This document shows, in pieces, positions 1-9,264 of a stretch of 64,000 nucleotides of DNA. The stretch covers positions 12,876-76,875 of the forward strand of contig JBBTUL010000013.1 of the NCBI GenBank assembly GCA_038063755.1. The letters are read 5' to 3'. The notes beneath the pieces are model-generated. The model was not told the origin of the DNA, did not search any database, and worked only from the letters and a program-made list of their open reading frames with translations. The translations under genes and the position numbers were made by a program. This DNA comes from Patescibacteria group bacterium (GTDB taxonomy: Bacteria; Patescibacteriota; Minisyncoccia; UBA6257; 2-01-FULL-56-20). The first letter of the stretch is position 1; every line of letters begins with the position of its first letter.

Positions 1-2
1 TC

Positions 3-383
3 GTGAAGGAAGCGCAAGAAAACGAAAATTTCCGGCGAGTTCTGTTTACGGGACCAAAAAGCCAGCTGGTCGTGATGAGCATCCCTTCTGGCGGCGAGGT
101 GGGAGAAGAGACGCACAAATACACCGAGCAGACCCTCTTTTTCCTTTCGGGGGTCGGAGAGGGATCGCTTGATAACGAAAAATTTTCAATTGGACCGGGC
201 GACGTCGTTGTGGTGACCGCCGGAACCAAGCACAACTTCCGAAATGTCGGCACTCAGGCCCTCAAGATTTACACCGTCTACGCCCCTCCAAATCATATTG
301 ATGGCCGCGTGCATGCGACGAAGGCCGATGCAGATGCCGATACTGCAGACGAAGCGATTGGCGAGTCCGAGCCCTTGAAGTAA
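3..383 (+). CDS. Cupin domain protein (probably 5'-truncated by window edge)
   Basis: Cupin motifs GEETH..TEQ and PGDVVVVTAGTKHNFRN; LKIYTVYAPP. Confidence 0.85.
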   Translation: MKEAQENENFRRVLFTGPKSQLVVMSIPSGGEVGEETHKYTEQTLFFLSGVGEGSLDNEKFSIGPGDVVVVTAGTKHNFRNVGTQALKIYTVYAPPNHIDGRVHATKADADADTADEAIGESEPLK

Positions 384-441
384 GACAAAGCTACCGCGAG
401 AAACAGCATCAAAACTTAACCACACTACCAAAACCTGAGCG

Positions 442-1440
442 ATGCAACTTACCTATTTCGTGCGCCGCGGCTTATATGACAAGGTGCTTGTGCCAGGAAA
501 GTTTATCTTGATGTTGTTCGTGGTGTTGGTGTCCGGTTTAGGTGCAAAAAACGTTTTTGCGGAAACGAGCCAGAGTGTGTTGTACGTGCCACTCATAGGC
601 ATCACATCCGTACCGGATCCGTTCGCATTACCGAACGGGGCGGGCGATGTGACGTATTATTATGCGGTTAAAAATTTCCTTCTCGAAGTAGACCTGACGG
701 ATGTTCAAGTTGTCGACGATAAGTGCGGTCCGATCGAATTTGTAACCGGCGACGACAACGGCGACTCAAGACTTGATTACAGCGAAACGTGGAGATATGT
801 CTGCACCACCAGGCTTTCCACGACCACGCAGAGCACTGCTACGGCGAGGGGTTTTGCGAACAACATGATTGCTACACACAACGCGTATGCGACTGTCGTT
901 GTTGGATCAAACAGTCCGTCTCCATTGGTGAGCATAATCAACATCACCAAGGTTGCCTATCCATTTTCTCTTCCTCCGGAGGGTGGCGATATCACCTTTA
1001 CCTACAGGGTAAACAATCCGGGCATAGTTCCATTAAGCGATGTAACCGTTTTCGATAACAAATGCAGCGCTATGTCGGGCAGGTTGGGAGACGTCAATGG
1101 GAACAATCTTCTGGACGTAAGCGAGGTGTGGATTTATAACTGCAAAACAAATCTGAGGCGGACGACTACGAATACTGTTCGCGTGACAGCTTTTGCAAAT
1201 GGCCTGGAAGCGAGGAGCGATGCAACCATTACCGTCCAGGTTGATACCTCGAACCTCGCTTCCGGTCCGCGTTTTTCCAACCAACCTGCTCCAGACCTCC
1301 CGGAAACGGGGGAGGTCTCAAGTTTGAAAACCAAAATATGGGGAGTCTTGTCGGGAATCCTCGCGATTCTAATCGTGCTTTTCGCTATAACTCGGAGAAG
1401 GAAATTTAAAAATGGGCGAAAAGAAATAAAGACTCTCTAG
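442..1440 (+). CDS. LPXTG-anchored surface protein with two tandem Ig-like (DUF11/DUF7507-like) repeats
   Basis: Signal peptide (true start may be 511); duplicated ~110 aa domain with GDxNGD/NxxLD loops and a Cys pair; C-terminal LPETG + hydrophobic helix + RRRKFK. Confidence 0.8.
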   Translation: MQLTYFVRRGLYDKVLVPGKFILMLFVVLVSGLGAKNVFAETSQSVLYVPLIGITSVPDPFALPNGAGDVTYYYAVKNFLLEVDLTDVQVVDDKCGPIEFVTGDDNGDSRLDYSETWRYVCTTRLSTTTQSTATARGFANNMIATHNAYATVVVGSNSPSPLVSIINITKVAYPFSLPPEGGDITFTYRVNNPGIVPLSDVTVFDNKCSAMSGRLGDVNGNNLLDVSEVWIYNCKTNLRRTTTNTVRVTAFANGLEARSDATITVQVDTSNLASGPRFSNQPAPDLPETGEVSSLKTKIWGVLSGILAILIVLFAITRRRKFKNGRKEIKTL

Positions 1441-1446
1441 AAGATT

Positions 1447-2550
1447 ATGACGGGAAAGGTCAAGCTTAGAATTGGATTGGCGGTTGTTTTTCTGGCGGGA
1501 GTAGCGGGAATCGGGTTGTATTTTTTGTTTCCCTCATGGCCAAACCAAGACAAGGAGGTGGTCGTTTTACCAGACGGGTCATTTGGTTGGAAGTTTCCCA
1601 TAGCGAAATTCCCATCAACCGGGGCAACTCAAGTCGCATATTCCGACATCCGGGACCCGGGAGGTATACCCCAAGGGCTTCCTGTTCGCCTTATTATTCC
1701 GATTATCGGTGTAGATTCGGCAATTGAAGATGCGCTTATCACTCCCGACGGAAGGATGGACGTACCGGCCGGATCCGTAAACGTTGCCTGGTTTTCTCTA
1801 GGTCCTCATCCAGGGGACGCGGGGAGCGCGGTTATCGGTGGACACTTTGGCATCAAAGGCGGAGTGCCGTTTGTGTTCTATAAATTAGACCATCTCAAGA
1901 TTGGCGACAAAATACATGTGGTGAACGACAAGGGCGACGTTCTCATTTTCATGGTCCGGGAAATCAGTCTGTTCGACCGGAATGCCGACGCAACGGCCGT
2001 CTTTGCTTCGGAGGACGGATTTGCGCACCTAAATCTTATTACGTGCGAAGGAGTTTGGAATCGAGTCAATAATAGCTATCCCGAGCGACGAGTAGTATTT
2101 ACCGACCTTGTGTCGACCAACGGATCAATCGCCGAACCTGTTTTCACCTTCCGTCGATCGCTTGGTATTGGTGCGAAAGGGGCAGATGTTGTGGCGCTCC
2201 AGACCATGCTTCAGGGAAAAGGATTTCTTGCGATTCCGCCGGGAGTCGACAAGGGTTTTTTCGGACCTCTTACGAGTGAAGCAGTTTCCAGATATCAAGC
2301 GAGCGTCGGCTTGCCGCAGGTTGGCGTTTTTGGTCCCCTTACCAGGGCAAAGCTCATTTCGGATGGGTCTCCGGTTGCGACCAAGCCGACGTTTCCATCA
2401 ACGGCGATAGTGGCACCCGAATTACCCTCCGCGCTTCAGGTCCTCATTCGATCTACAAAGGGTTTATATTCTACTCCGATAGACGCACTGACTACGATCC
2501 TCCTTCTCGTATTAATAGTGTTTGTGGCCTTTAAAATTTTTAAGCGGTAG
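1447..2550 (+). CDS. Class F sortase fused to peptidoglycan-binding domain, with C-terminal TM
   Basis: GGHFG, LITC, ERRVV catalytic triad; PGBD-like LGIGAKGADVVALQ..GFFGPLT..GVFGPLTRA. Confidence 0.85.
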   Translation: MTGKVKLRIGLAVVFLAGVAGIGLYFLFPSWPNQDKEVVVLPDGSFGWKFPIAKFPSTGATQVAYSDIRDPGGIPQGLPVRLIIPIIGVDSAIEDALITPDGRMDVPAGSVNVAWFSLGPHPGDAGSAVIGGHFGIKGGVPFVFYKLDHLKIGDKIHVVNDKGDVLIFMVREISLFDRNADATAVFASEDGFAHLNLITCEGVWNRVNNSYPERRVVFTDLVSTNGSIAEPVFTFRRSLGIGAKGADVVALQTMLQGKGFLAIPPGVDKGFFGPLTSEAVSRYQASVGLPQVGVFGPLTRAKLISDGSPVATKPTFPSTAIVAPELPSALQVLIRSTKGLYSTPIDALTTILLLVLIVFVAFKIFKR

Positions 2551-2598
2551 GACGAACCCTCACCCGGCTTGCGCGGTTGTTGTTTTCTTGGGAAATAT

Positions 2599-3267
2599 AT
2601 GTTGAGAAAAATCTCATTAAAAAAGTTTTTGTTTGTCGCGGGGGCGGCCGGAGTAGTGATCTTTGTGGCGGTCGTTTCGCTTCTCTATTTTGACCTGCCG
2701 GGGAGCCACATTCTCACGAAAGAGGCGTTGTTTGCAGACGGCGAGACTCCTCAGGACCCACTTGGCGGCACAGCGACCGCATCGGTTCAGAACTTCTTTG
2801 CCGTCGAAGAGGTGCGTTCGGGACTTCCGGCACGCATCAAGATTCCGGCGATCAACGTGGATGCGGCTGTCGAGCAGGTTGGTCTTACGCCTCAATGGGC
2901 GATGGACGTGCCAAAAGGGCCCGACCGCGTGGCGTGGTTTAAGCTGGGCCCTCGTCCCGGGGAGGAAGGAAGTTCTGTTATCGCCGGGCATTTTGGTTGG
3001 AAGGATGACATACCGGCGGTATTCGATGATTTACACATACTAAGAAAGGGAGACAAGATATATATAGAAGAAGAAACAGGAGCGATTACTGTATTTGTGG
3101 TGCGCACACTCCGAACATTTAATGATAACGAAAATACTCCCGATGTGTTCGGCTCAACTGACGGGAAAGCCCACCTCAATCTCGTAACGTGCCAGGGGTC
3201 TTGGAATAAAGAAAAGAAGAGCTATTCCCAACGGCTCGTAGTTTTCACCGACAAAGAAACGGAGTAG
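2599..3267 (+). CDS. Class F sortase
   Basis: N-terminal TM; P.RIKIPAINVDA, AGHFG, LVTC, QRLVV. Confidence 0.88.
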   Translation: MLRKISLKKFLFVAGAAGVVIFVAVVSLLYFDLPGSHILTKEALFADGETPQDPLGGTATASVQNFFAVEEVRSGLPARIKIPAINVDAAVEQVGLTPQWAMDVPKGPDRVAWFKLGPRPGEEGSSVIAGHFGWKDDIPAVFDDLHILRKGDKIYIEEETGAITVFVVRTLRTFNDNENTPDVFGSTDGKAHLNLVTCQGSWNKEKKSYSQRLVVFTDKETE

Positions 3268-3345
3268 ACGATCGCGATGCGTCATAAGTTTCCGAGGCTT
3301 GGTGTTGCGCAAGAAAGGTGATCGCATGAACGTGCCAGGAAAGGC

Positions 3346-3374
3346 TTGAGTGTGCCCAGAAAAAACTCTATAGT
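3346..3374 (+). promoter_or_regulatory. Sigma70-type promoter for SDR gene
   Basis: TTGAGT-N17-TATAGT, 11 nt before ATG 3386. Confidence 0.6.
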
Positions 3375-3385
3375 AAATACATATC

Positions 3386-4066
3386 ATGGATTTTTTAGAC
3401 AAAGTTGTTGTTATCACCGGAGGGACGGGGGGGCTCGGCAGAGCCCTCGCCCTCTCGTTTCAAAAGCAGAAGGCGCGCGTTGTCGTGAGTTCTCGAAACA
3501 AAGAAGAACTTGAAGCTCTCCGTGGAACAAGCGATTTTTTTGTCGTGCAGGCCGATGTTTCTGAAGAGGAGGACGTGTCTCATCTTGCGGAAGCGGTTGT
3601 GGAAAAGTTTGGACGAATAGATATTTGGATAAATAACGCCGGTATCTGGTTGCCGCATGCGCCGGTTGAGGAGATGGATGTCGAGCGTGTTCGCAAGGTG
3701 ATGGACGTGAATTTTTTCGGAACGATACACGGCTCGAAAGCCGCTCTTATGCGTATGCGAAAACAAGGCGAAGGTACGATAATAAACATTCTTTCGACAA
3801 GCGCCCTTGAGGGGCGGGCGAATTCTTCGGGCTACTGTGCAAGTAAGTATGCGGCAGACGGGTTTACAAAATCGCTCAGGAAAGAAGTCCAGGGTTCAGA
3901 AATAAAAGTTTTTTCAATTTATCCCGGAGGTATGAGAACAAATTTATTCGACGAATCGCGTCCGGAGAACTATGACGAGTATATGAATCCGAGTGATGTC
4001 GCCGAGAAAATTGTTCGCAATCTTAAGGCCGAAAATCCCGAGGAAGAGTTCGTAGTTAGGAGATAG
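3386..4066 (+). CDS. Short-chain dehydrogenase/reductase
   Basis: TGGTGGLG, NNAG, YCASK motifs. Confidence 0.93.
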   Translation: MDFLDKVVVITGGTGGLGRALALSFQKQKARVVVSSRNKEELEALRGTSDFFVVQADVSEEEDVSHLAEAVVEKFGRIDIWINNAGIWLPHAPVEEMDVERVRKVMDVNFFGTIHGSKAALMRMRKQGEGTIINILSTSALEGRANSSGYCASKYAADGFTKSLRKEVQGSEIKVFSIYPGGMRTNLFDESRPENYDEYMNPSDVAEKIVRNLKAENPEEEFVVRR

Positions 4067-4139
4067 GCATTACGTATTGATTTGCGCTTCGCGAAGTGCT
4101 ATAGCTACTTAAAGAACTCTCCACCGAAGGGATGGCACT

Positions 4140-4679
4140 GTGGACCCAGGAAGTCCTGCTTCGGGCGGCTTTTCCGACGAGAACCGGATGCTCGTTGTCG
4201 TTGATATGCAGGTTGGAACGACGCGAGCAGAAAATCACTCTCAACTGCTGGACGATGAATGGTGGAAGCGACATGAAGCAGTTGTCGCAAATATCCGCAT
4301 TCTTTCGCAGAAAATGGATACGCGTTTTCAAGTGCATACGGGGCTTGAAGACCGGACAGACTGGGATGTGATCCCTGAGCTCGAAGAGGTTTTCCAGGCT
4401 TCCGGCGATCGAATCTTGAAGGTATATGACGATGGCTCCACGGAGCTCTCGAGAGTTATCTCGCGGGACATGCACATCTATCTTTGCGGAATGAACACAG
4501 ACGCATGTGTGTTTCGTACGGCGGTTGGGCTTGCGTACAGAGGCTACTGGGTAACGGTTGTCGGTGATGCTTGTTGGTCGGTTTGGGTTTTTGAGAGACC
4601 CAGATGTCATGATTTGGCGCTTGAAAGCTTGGGGTCCGTGAGCCGAGTGCGGGTTGTAAGTACATCAGCGGTGCGATAA
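4140..4679 (+). CDS. Isochorismatase-like cysteine hydrolase
   Basis: VVDMQ, ILK, GMNTDACV (D-K-C triad), VVGDAC; start uncertain. Confidence 0.8.
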   Translation: MDPGSPASGGFSDENRMLVVVDMQVGTTRAENHSQLLDDEWWKRHEAVVANIRILSQKMDTRFQVHTGLEDRTDWDVIPELEEVFQASGDRILKVYDDGSTELSRVISRDMHIYLCGMNTDACVFRTAVGLAYRGYWVTVVGDACWSVWVFERPRCHDLALESLGSVSRVRVVSTSAVR

Positions 4680-4751
4680 CATCAATCCGCTTTTTATTTT
4701 CGATAGGACGTGGTTGATGGAGCTGTGATATGCTGGAAGTAAAGAGATTTT

Positions 4752-5102
4752 ATGACAAACAAAAAATCACACGCGATTCAAGAGATTTTTGCAGCAATCA
4801 TTCCGTTCGTCGGATTTTTCTTGATCGAGATATGGGTGCGTAACGAATGGGGAATAACGCTCGGAGTCGTCGCTCTTCTTCTCGTCTCGATGTTGTATCG
4901 ACGAGAAAAAAATGAATGGCTTCTTTTTCTTGCTGGAGCGGCGCTCGGATTTTTCGTGGAGGTTGTACTGGGACTAGTTTATCGCGAGCAGTTTTGGGTA
5001 AACGGCTCCCTGTGGGGTGTTCCCGTCTGGCTTCCGATCGTCTGGGGCGGGGGATTTGTATTTATCCGCCGACTTGGGAATCTGATCGTGAGGAGGGCGT
5101 AG
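4752..5102 (+). CDS. Small multi-TM membrane protein (DUF2878-like)
   Basis: Four hydrophobic segments; GVPVWLPIVW motif. Confidence 0.65.
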   Translation: MTNKKSHAIQEIFAAIIPFVGFFLIEIWVRNEWGITLGVVALLLVSMLYRREKNEWLLFLAGAALGFFVEVVLGLVYREQFWVNGSLWGVPVWLPIVWGGGFVFIRRLGNLIVRRA

Positions 5103-5176
5103 GCAAATGAATGATCGTTGACTAAGTCCAGGCTTTTGATATCCTGTCCACAGGACAATGACAAAGGAGAAGAGCG

Positions 5177-5428
5177 ATGGGTCTTGCTACGACAACCAGG
5201 CGCTTTTGTGAGGGATTAGAAAGTTCGGCTCGCAGACTCGAGGCGGCATGCGGAGAGAATGTGACTGCCCAAAACAGTGAGATGAAGGCTGATCTTAAGG
5301 CTTTCGCGCGTCAGGTTGCGCTGCTTGCCGGCGAGTGCGCCAGGGAGCTCGAAATTCATACACGGGAGCTTGAAGCGGTGAAGGCGGTAATTGCGGAGCG
5401 CGAGGCGGCAAAGCCCGATCTTCCCTGA
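5177..5428 (+). CDS. Hypothetical helical protein
   Basis: AAGGAG SD, TTGACT-N16-TATCCT promoter upstream, terminator downstream. Confidence 0.65.
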   Translation: MGLATTTRRFCEGLESSARRLEAACGENVTAQNSEMKADLKAFARQVALLAGECARELEIHTRELEAVKAVIAEREAAKPDLP

Positions 5429-5449
5429 CGATAATTTCTAAAGGTAGGT

Positions 5450-5478
5450 GCTTCGCGAAACTCTCGCGAAGCTTTTTT
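5450..5478 (+). terminator. Intrinsic terminator
   Basis: GCTTCGCGA/TCGCGAAGC stem + T6. Confidence 0.75.
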
Positions 5479-5493
5479 GTTATACTGCACCTA

Positions 5494-6330
5494 ATGACTA
5501 TTTTTCGCTTTGTAGGACTTACAATAGCAATTTTCACAATTTCGGCGATTTCTTTTTTTAATCTTTCTTTGGCGCAGACCGTCATGAACCTCGATCAAGC
5601 GTTACAGAGTCAAAACTTCGTAACGTCAACTCAGGGCATTCAGCCACCACCTCCCGCAGATGCCTCCACTACAAGTCAGTCGGGAGGGGAGCCCACAGGA
5701 CAGACTCTGCCGGCAGGAGGGGTTCTGGTAGAGCCGGAGCAAGGCCTGCCAGCAGAAGATCCGGGGATTCGAAGTAACCCCTCATCAACAGTAGAAGACA
5801 AGAAATCATCACCGTCAAAAAAGAGGAGCGAACCGGATACCGCAAAATCTTCAAGCACGAACAACGACGATCCTGGTGGGTCGCGCGGATCGCTTCCGTT
5901 TGTTTTTTATATAACGCTCGCAGTTATTCTCGCATTTATTGCGTTCCTATTTAAAAAATTCCGCGAGTTCCTGAGGCGACTGAAAACAGAGCCAAAACCG
6001 CCAGAAAAAAAAGAGGAGGTTGTTTGCAAAACATGCGGCGGTAGCGGGAAGGTGAAAAAAAAGAGAACCATCTCGGCGCCTTGCGGACACTGCAAGCAGA
6101 CGGGAAGGGATATTTGTCACCACTGCGGTGGCTCGGGTCATTACGGGGGAGGGCTCACCGTGCCGCAAACGCAGGACGAAGTGGACAGCTTAATGAAGTG
6201 CGACTACTGCAAGGGAAAGGGTTTCTCGAATCCTTCCGTCGCGTGCTGTATGTGCAAAGGAGCAAGAAAAGAGTATGCCGAAGAGTCATATGAAGCGGCC
6301 TGTCCGGACTGCAGGGGTGTGTCTCGTTAG
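5494..6330 (+). CDS. Single-pass membrane protein with DnaJ-type CxxCxGxG zinc-finger tail
   Basis: Signal peptide, P/S/T-rich linker, TM, six CxxC(xGxG) motifs; no J-domain. Confidence 0.75.
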   Translation: MTIFRFVGLTIAIFTISAISFFNLSLAQTVMNLDQALQSQNFVTSTQGIQPPPPADASTTSQSGGEPTGQTLPAGGVLVEPEQGLPAEDPGIRSNPSSTVEDKKSSPSKKRSEPDTAKSSSTNNDDPGGSRGSLPFVFYITLAVILAFIAFLFKKFREFLRRLKTEPKPPEKKEEVVCKTCGGSGKVKKKRTISAPCGHCKQTGRDICHHCGGSGHYGGGLTVPQTQDEVDSLMKCDYCKGKGFSNPSVACCMCKGARKEYAEESYEAACPDCRGVSR

Positions 6331-6339
6331 TCAAAATAA

Positions 6340-7605
6340 CTACTCCTCCGAGATGCTTCGTGAGTGAAAAAGGCCGATCGTCCAGTCGACAACGACGCGA
6401 ACGCGGTTTGCAAATCCGATGATTTTTGAGGCGTATATCGTGCGCCAAAGCCACCACGCGAAAAAACCAGAAAATGTTATTCCTCCGATGCGTGCTCCGG
6501 CAGAAAAGCGTCCCAGGGAAAGAGTTTGTCCAAGTTCGCGAAAGGCGAAGGGTGAAAGGCTTTTTTCCTGAATTGCCGAGATGATATTTCCCGCAACTGA
6601 TCGAGCTTCTTGTACGGCCGCTTGAGCGGTTTGCGGAACGAGCTTTCCTTTTGGGTCGGTAATTCCAGACACATCTCCAGCGACGAAGACGCGATTATCT
6701 TCCGGAAGATGCAAAAATTTATTTACCACGATTCTTCCCCGATCGCCGATTTTCGGAACGGGAATTATCTCCGGAGAGCTCGGCTCAATGCCGGAGACGA
6801 AAATCGTTGTTCGCGCCAGTATTTTTTCTCCGTTTTGCAGTAGAGCGAACGAATCTTCTATGTCGACAACGGTTGTATGTAGGTGAAGCACGATTTCTTT
6901 TTCTCGGAGCGTGCGTTCCGCGATTTTTCTGAGTGAGGGGTGGAAATGCTCAATAAGCTCATCTTTCGCATGAACAAGGTGCGTCACAATCTCACTCGGA
7001 GAAATTTTCTTATACGCGCGCACAAGCACTCCCTTCGCGAATTCATCGATTTCCGCGGCGAGCTCAACGCCAGTCGGCCCACCGCCTACGACAACAAAAC
7101 TTAGAAGCTCCTTCCTCTCTTCGGGGGACGATGAGCGAGACGCTTTTTCGAAGCAGGAGACAAGGTGTTTTTTTATCCGCCTTGCATCCTTAAGGTCTTT
7201 TAGCGTGAAGATCGATTCACTGTTCTTGCTCGGCAGACGAGTAATTGATCCCGTTGCAAGCACGAGATAGTCATATGAGAAGTTTTTTTCTCCAACAGAG
7301 ACAACTCGATTTTCTCGGTTGATGCGTGTTGCCTCTCCGATAACCACCTCTACGATGGACGTATCAACAATTTGCCGAAGTGGCTGTATGGCGTTTGAGG
7401 GGTGCACCGATCCGGTAGCGACTTCATGGAGAAGCGGGGTAAAAAGAAAATAGTCATTTTTGCTCACTATCGTTATGTCGAGCGCCCCCAAGGCTTTACG
7501 GCCTAGGCGACAGAGGCTTAGGTAGGTGTAAATACCCGCAAATCCTGCCCCAATGATTACAATGCGGGGATGTTTATTCTCTTTTAGGGTATGTGCAAGA
7601 GGCAT
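6340..7605 (-). CDS. ndh: Type II NADH dehydrogenase family FAD oxidoreductase
   Basis: GAGFAG, FTPLLHEVATG, GGGPTGVELAAE, GD..PQTAQAA motifs. Confidence 0.88.
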   Translation of the reverse strand: MPLAHTLKENKHPRIVIIGAGFAGIYTYLSLCRLGRKALGALDITIVSKNDYFLFTPLLHEVATGSVHPSNAIQPLRQIVDTSIVEVVIGEATRINRENRVVSVGEKNFSYDYLVLATGSITRLPSKNSESIFTLKDLKDARRIKKHLVSCFEKASRSSSPEERKELLSFVVVGGGPTGVELAAEIDEFAKGVLVRAYKKISPSEIVTHLVHAKDELIEHFHPSLRKIAERTLREKEIVLHLHTTVVDIEDSFALLQNGEKILARTTIFVSGIEPSSPEIIPVPKIGDRGRIVVNKFLHLPEDNRVFVAGDVSGITDPKGKLVPQTAQAAVQEARSVAGNIISAIQEKSLSPFAFRELGQTLSLGRFSAGARIGGITFSGFFAWWLWRTIYASKIIGFANRVRVVVDWTIGLFHSRSISEE

Positions 7606-7695
7606 AATACGACTGCATTGTAGCACGGAGTCTGGCTTTTTTGGGGTGTGATATCGTGTGCTTCAAGGGGTTGCGCCTGGTATAATGACCCTGCT

Positions 7696-9174
7696 ATGGA
7701 ACTTACAAAAAGTGAAAAACAGGCGATAGAAGAGTATCTCGCCCGAAAGGGGCTTCCTTCGGGTTCAGCGCTTACTTTCGACGACGTTGCAATTCCAGAT
7801 CGTTATTCGACGGTGCGATCACGAAGCGAAATTCGCGACTTTAGGTCGTATCTTACGAATTCTTTTCATCTCAACATTCCCATTGTGAGCTCCAACATGG
7901 AGTCGGTTACGGGGGCAGAAATGGCAATCGCGCTTGCGCGAGAGGGCGGACTTGGGTTTCTCCCGCAAATGGTTCCGCTTGAGGCGCGACTCGAAATGAT
8001 CCGGAAGATTAAACGAACCGATTGCGCTTTCATAGAAAAACCGCTTACTATCGGTCCGGAGAAAACTCTCCACGACGCGAAGTGTCTTATGCAGGAGACG
8101 GGAATATCGAGTCTCGTGGTTGTCGACAAGTCTTTCCGTCCGGTCGGGATTCTCTCCACGAGAGACTGGAAATACGAAAAAAACGAGAAGGTAAAAGTGC
8201 GCGATCTCATGGGCGGAAAAAAGAAGCTTATCGTCATGCCAGGCTCGGTGAAATTTGAAAAAGCAGCTACTATGCTTCGCGCGAACAAAGTAGAGAAGCT
8301 TCCGCTCGTGGACAAAAAAGGAAAGCTTACAGGGCTTATCACTGCTCACGGACTTTTTTACACCATGCACTACCCACGCGCACTTAGAGATGATCAGGGA
8401 AGGTTTTTGGCCGCAGCTTCAATCGGCGTTGGCCGAATGTTTGAAAAAAGACACTTAAAAGAGGTCGAGCTACAGCTAAAAGAAGGAGCGAGCATTCTCT
8501 TGATCGATACCGCGCGAGCGTTTTCTGTAAATGCGGTTGAAGCATTAAAGGCGATTAAAAAAACATTCCCAAAGCTCCCCGTGGTTATTGGAAATGTGTG
8601 CACTCCCGAAGGGGCAAAACTGCTTTTCGAGAATGGCGCGGATGCGGTTAAGGTGAATCAAGGGAGGGGACACGTATGCCGAACATCCGAGATGGGGGTC
8701 GGCATACCGCAACTTACGGCAATCGCGAAATGCTCGGTTATCGCCAAGCAGTACGGGGGGAAGATTGTTGGCGATGGCGGCATGAAGAATGTAGGAGACA
8801 TGGTAAAAGCCCTGGCGGCAGGGGCGGACGTGCTCATGACGGGGTATCTCCTCGTGGGGACAAACGAGTCTGCTGCCCAAACGTATGTAAACAGGAGAGG
8901 TCTTCCGGTAAAAAACTATGAAGGGTCAGCTTCGTTTCATGCGCAAGCGAAGCGTATTACGAGAGGAAATTTGGATCGACTTCGGAGGCCGGAAGGGGTG
9001 ACAGAGGAGGTTCCCGTCGTAGGGAGCGTTGCCGAAAAAATTGAAGATATGCTGAATGCTTTTCGTTCGGCGATGAGCTATTCCGGCGTCCGGACGATCA
9101 AGGAGCTTCAGGAGGATGTTGTTTTTGAGAAGCAAACACGAGCAGGACTCGTCGAGGGGACGAAGGGCGAATAA
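7696..9174 (+). CDS. IMP dehydrogenase/GMP reductase family protein with CBS pair (divergent active site)
   Basis: LTFDDV, NIPIVS, two CBS domains, GNV.T, catalytic Cys in GHVCRT, DGG, PEGV. Confidence 0.85.
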   Translation: MELTKSEKQAIEEYLARKGLPSGSALTFDDVAIPDRYSTVRSRSEIRDFRSYLTNSFHLNIPIVSSNMESVTGAEMAIALAREGGLGFLPQMVPLEARLEMIRKIKRTDCAFIEKPLTIGPEKTLHDAKCLMQETGISSLVVVDKSFRPVGILSTRDWKYEKNEKVKVRDLMGGKKKLIVMPGSVKFEKAATMLRANKVEKLPLVDKKGKLTGLITAHGLFYTMHYPRALRDDQGRFLAAASIGVGRMFEKRHLKEVELQLKEGASILLIDTARAFSVNAVEALKAIKKTFPKLPVVIGNVCTPEGAKLLFENGADAVKVNQGRGHVCRTSEMGVGIPQLTAIAKCSVIAKQYGGKIVGDGGMKNVGDMVKALAAGADVLMTGYLLVGTNESAAQTYVNRRGLPVKNYEGSASFHAQAKRITRGNLDRLRRPEGVTEEVPVVGSVAEKIEDMLNAFRSAMSYSGVRTIKELQEDVVFEKQTRAGLVEGTKGE

Positions 9175-9264
9175 CCCCTTAATTTTCAAGCATTTTCCGA
9201 ACAAAGTTGGTTTGTGTTTTCCGGTTTTTTCATGTTAAAATAAGTGCTGAGAACGAGCTGTTTT

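Noticed and set aside
3312-3349. SD-like AAAGGTGATC plus micro-ORF MNVPGKA; 12-mer GTGCCAGGAAAG also at 490-501
   Set aside because: A 7-codon ORF and a 12-mer repeat are expected by chance; no riboswitch consensus recognised
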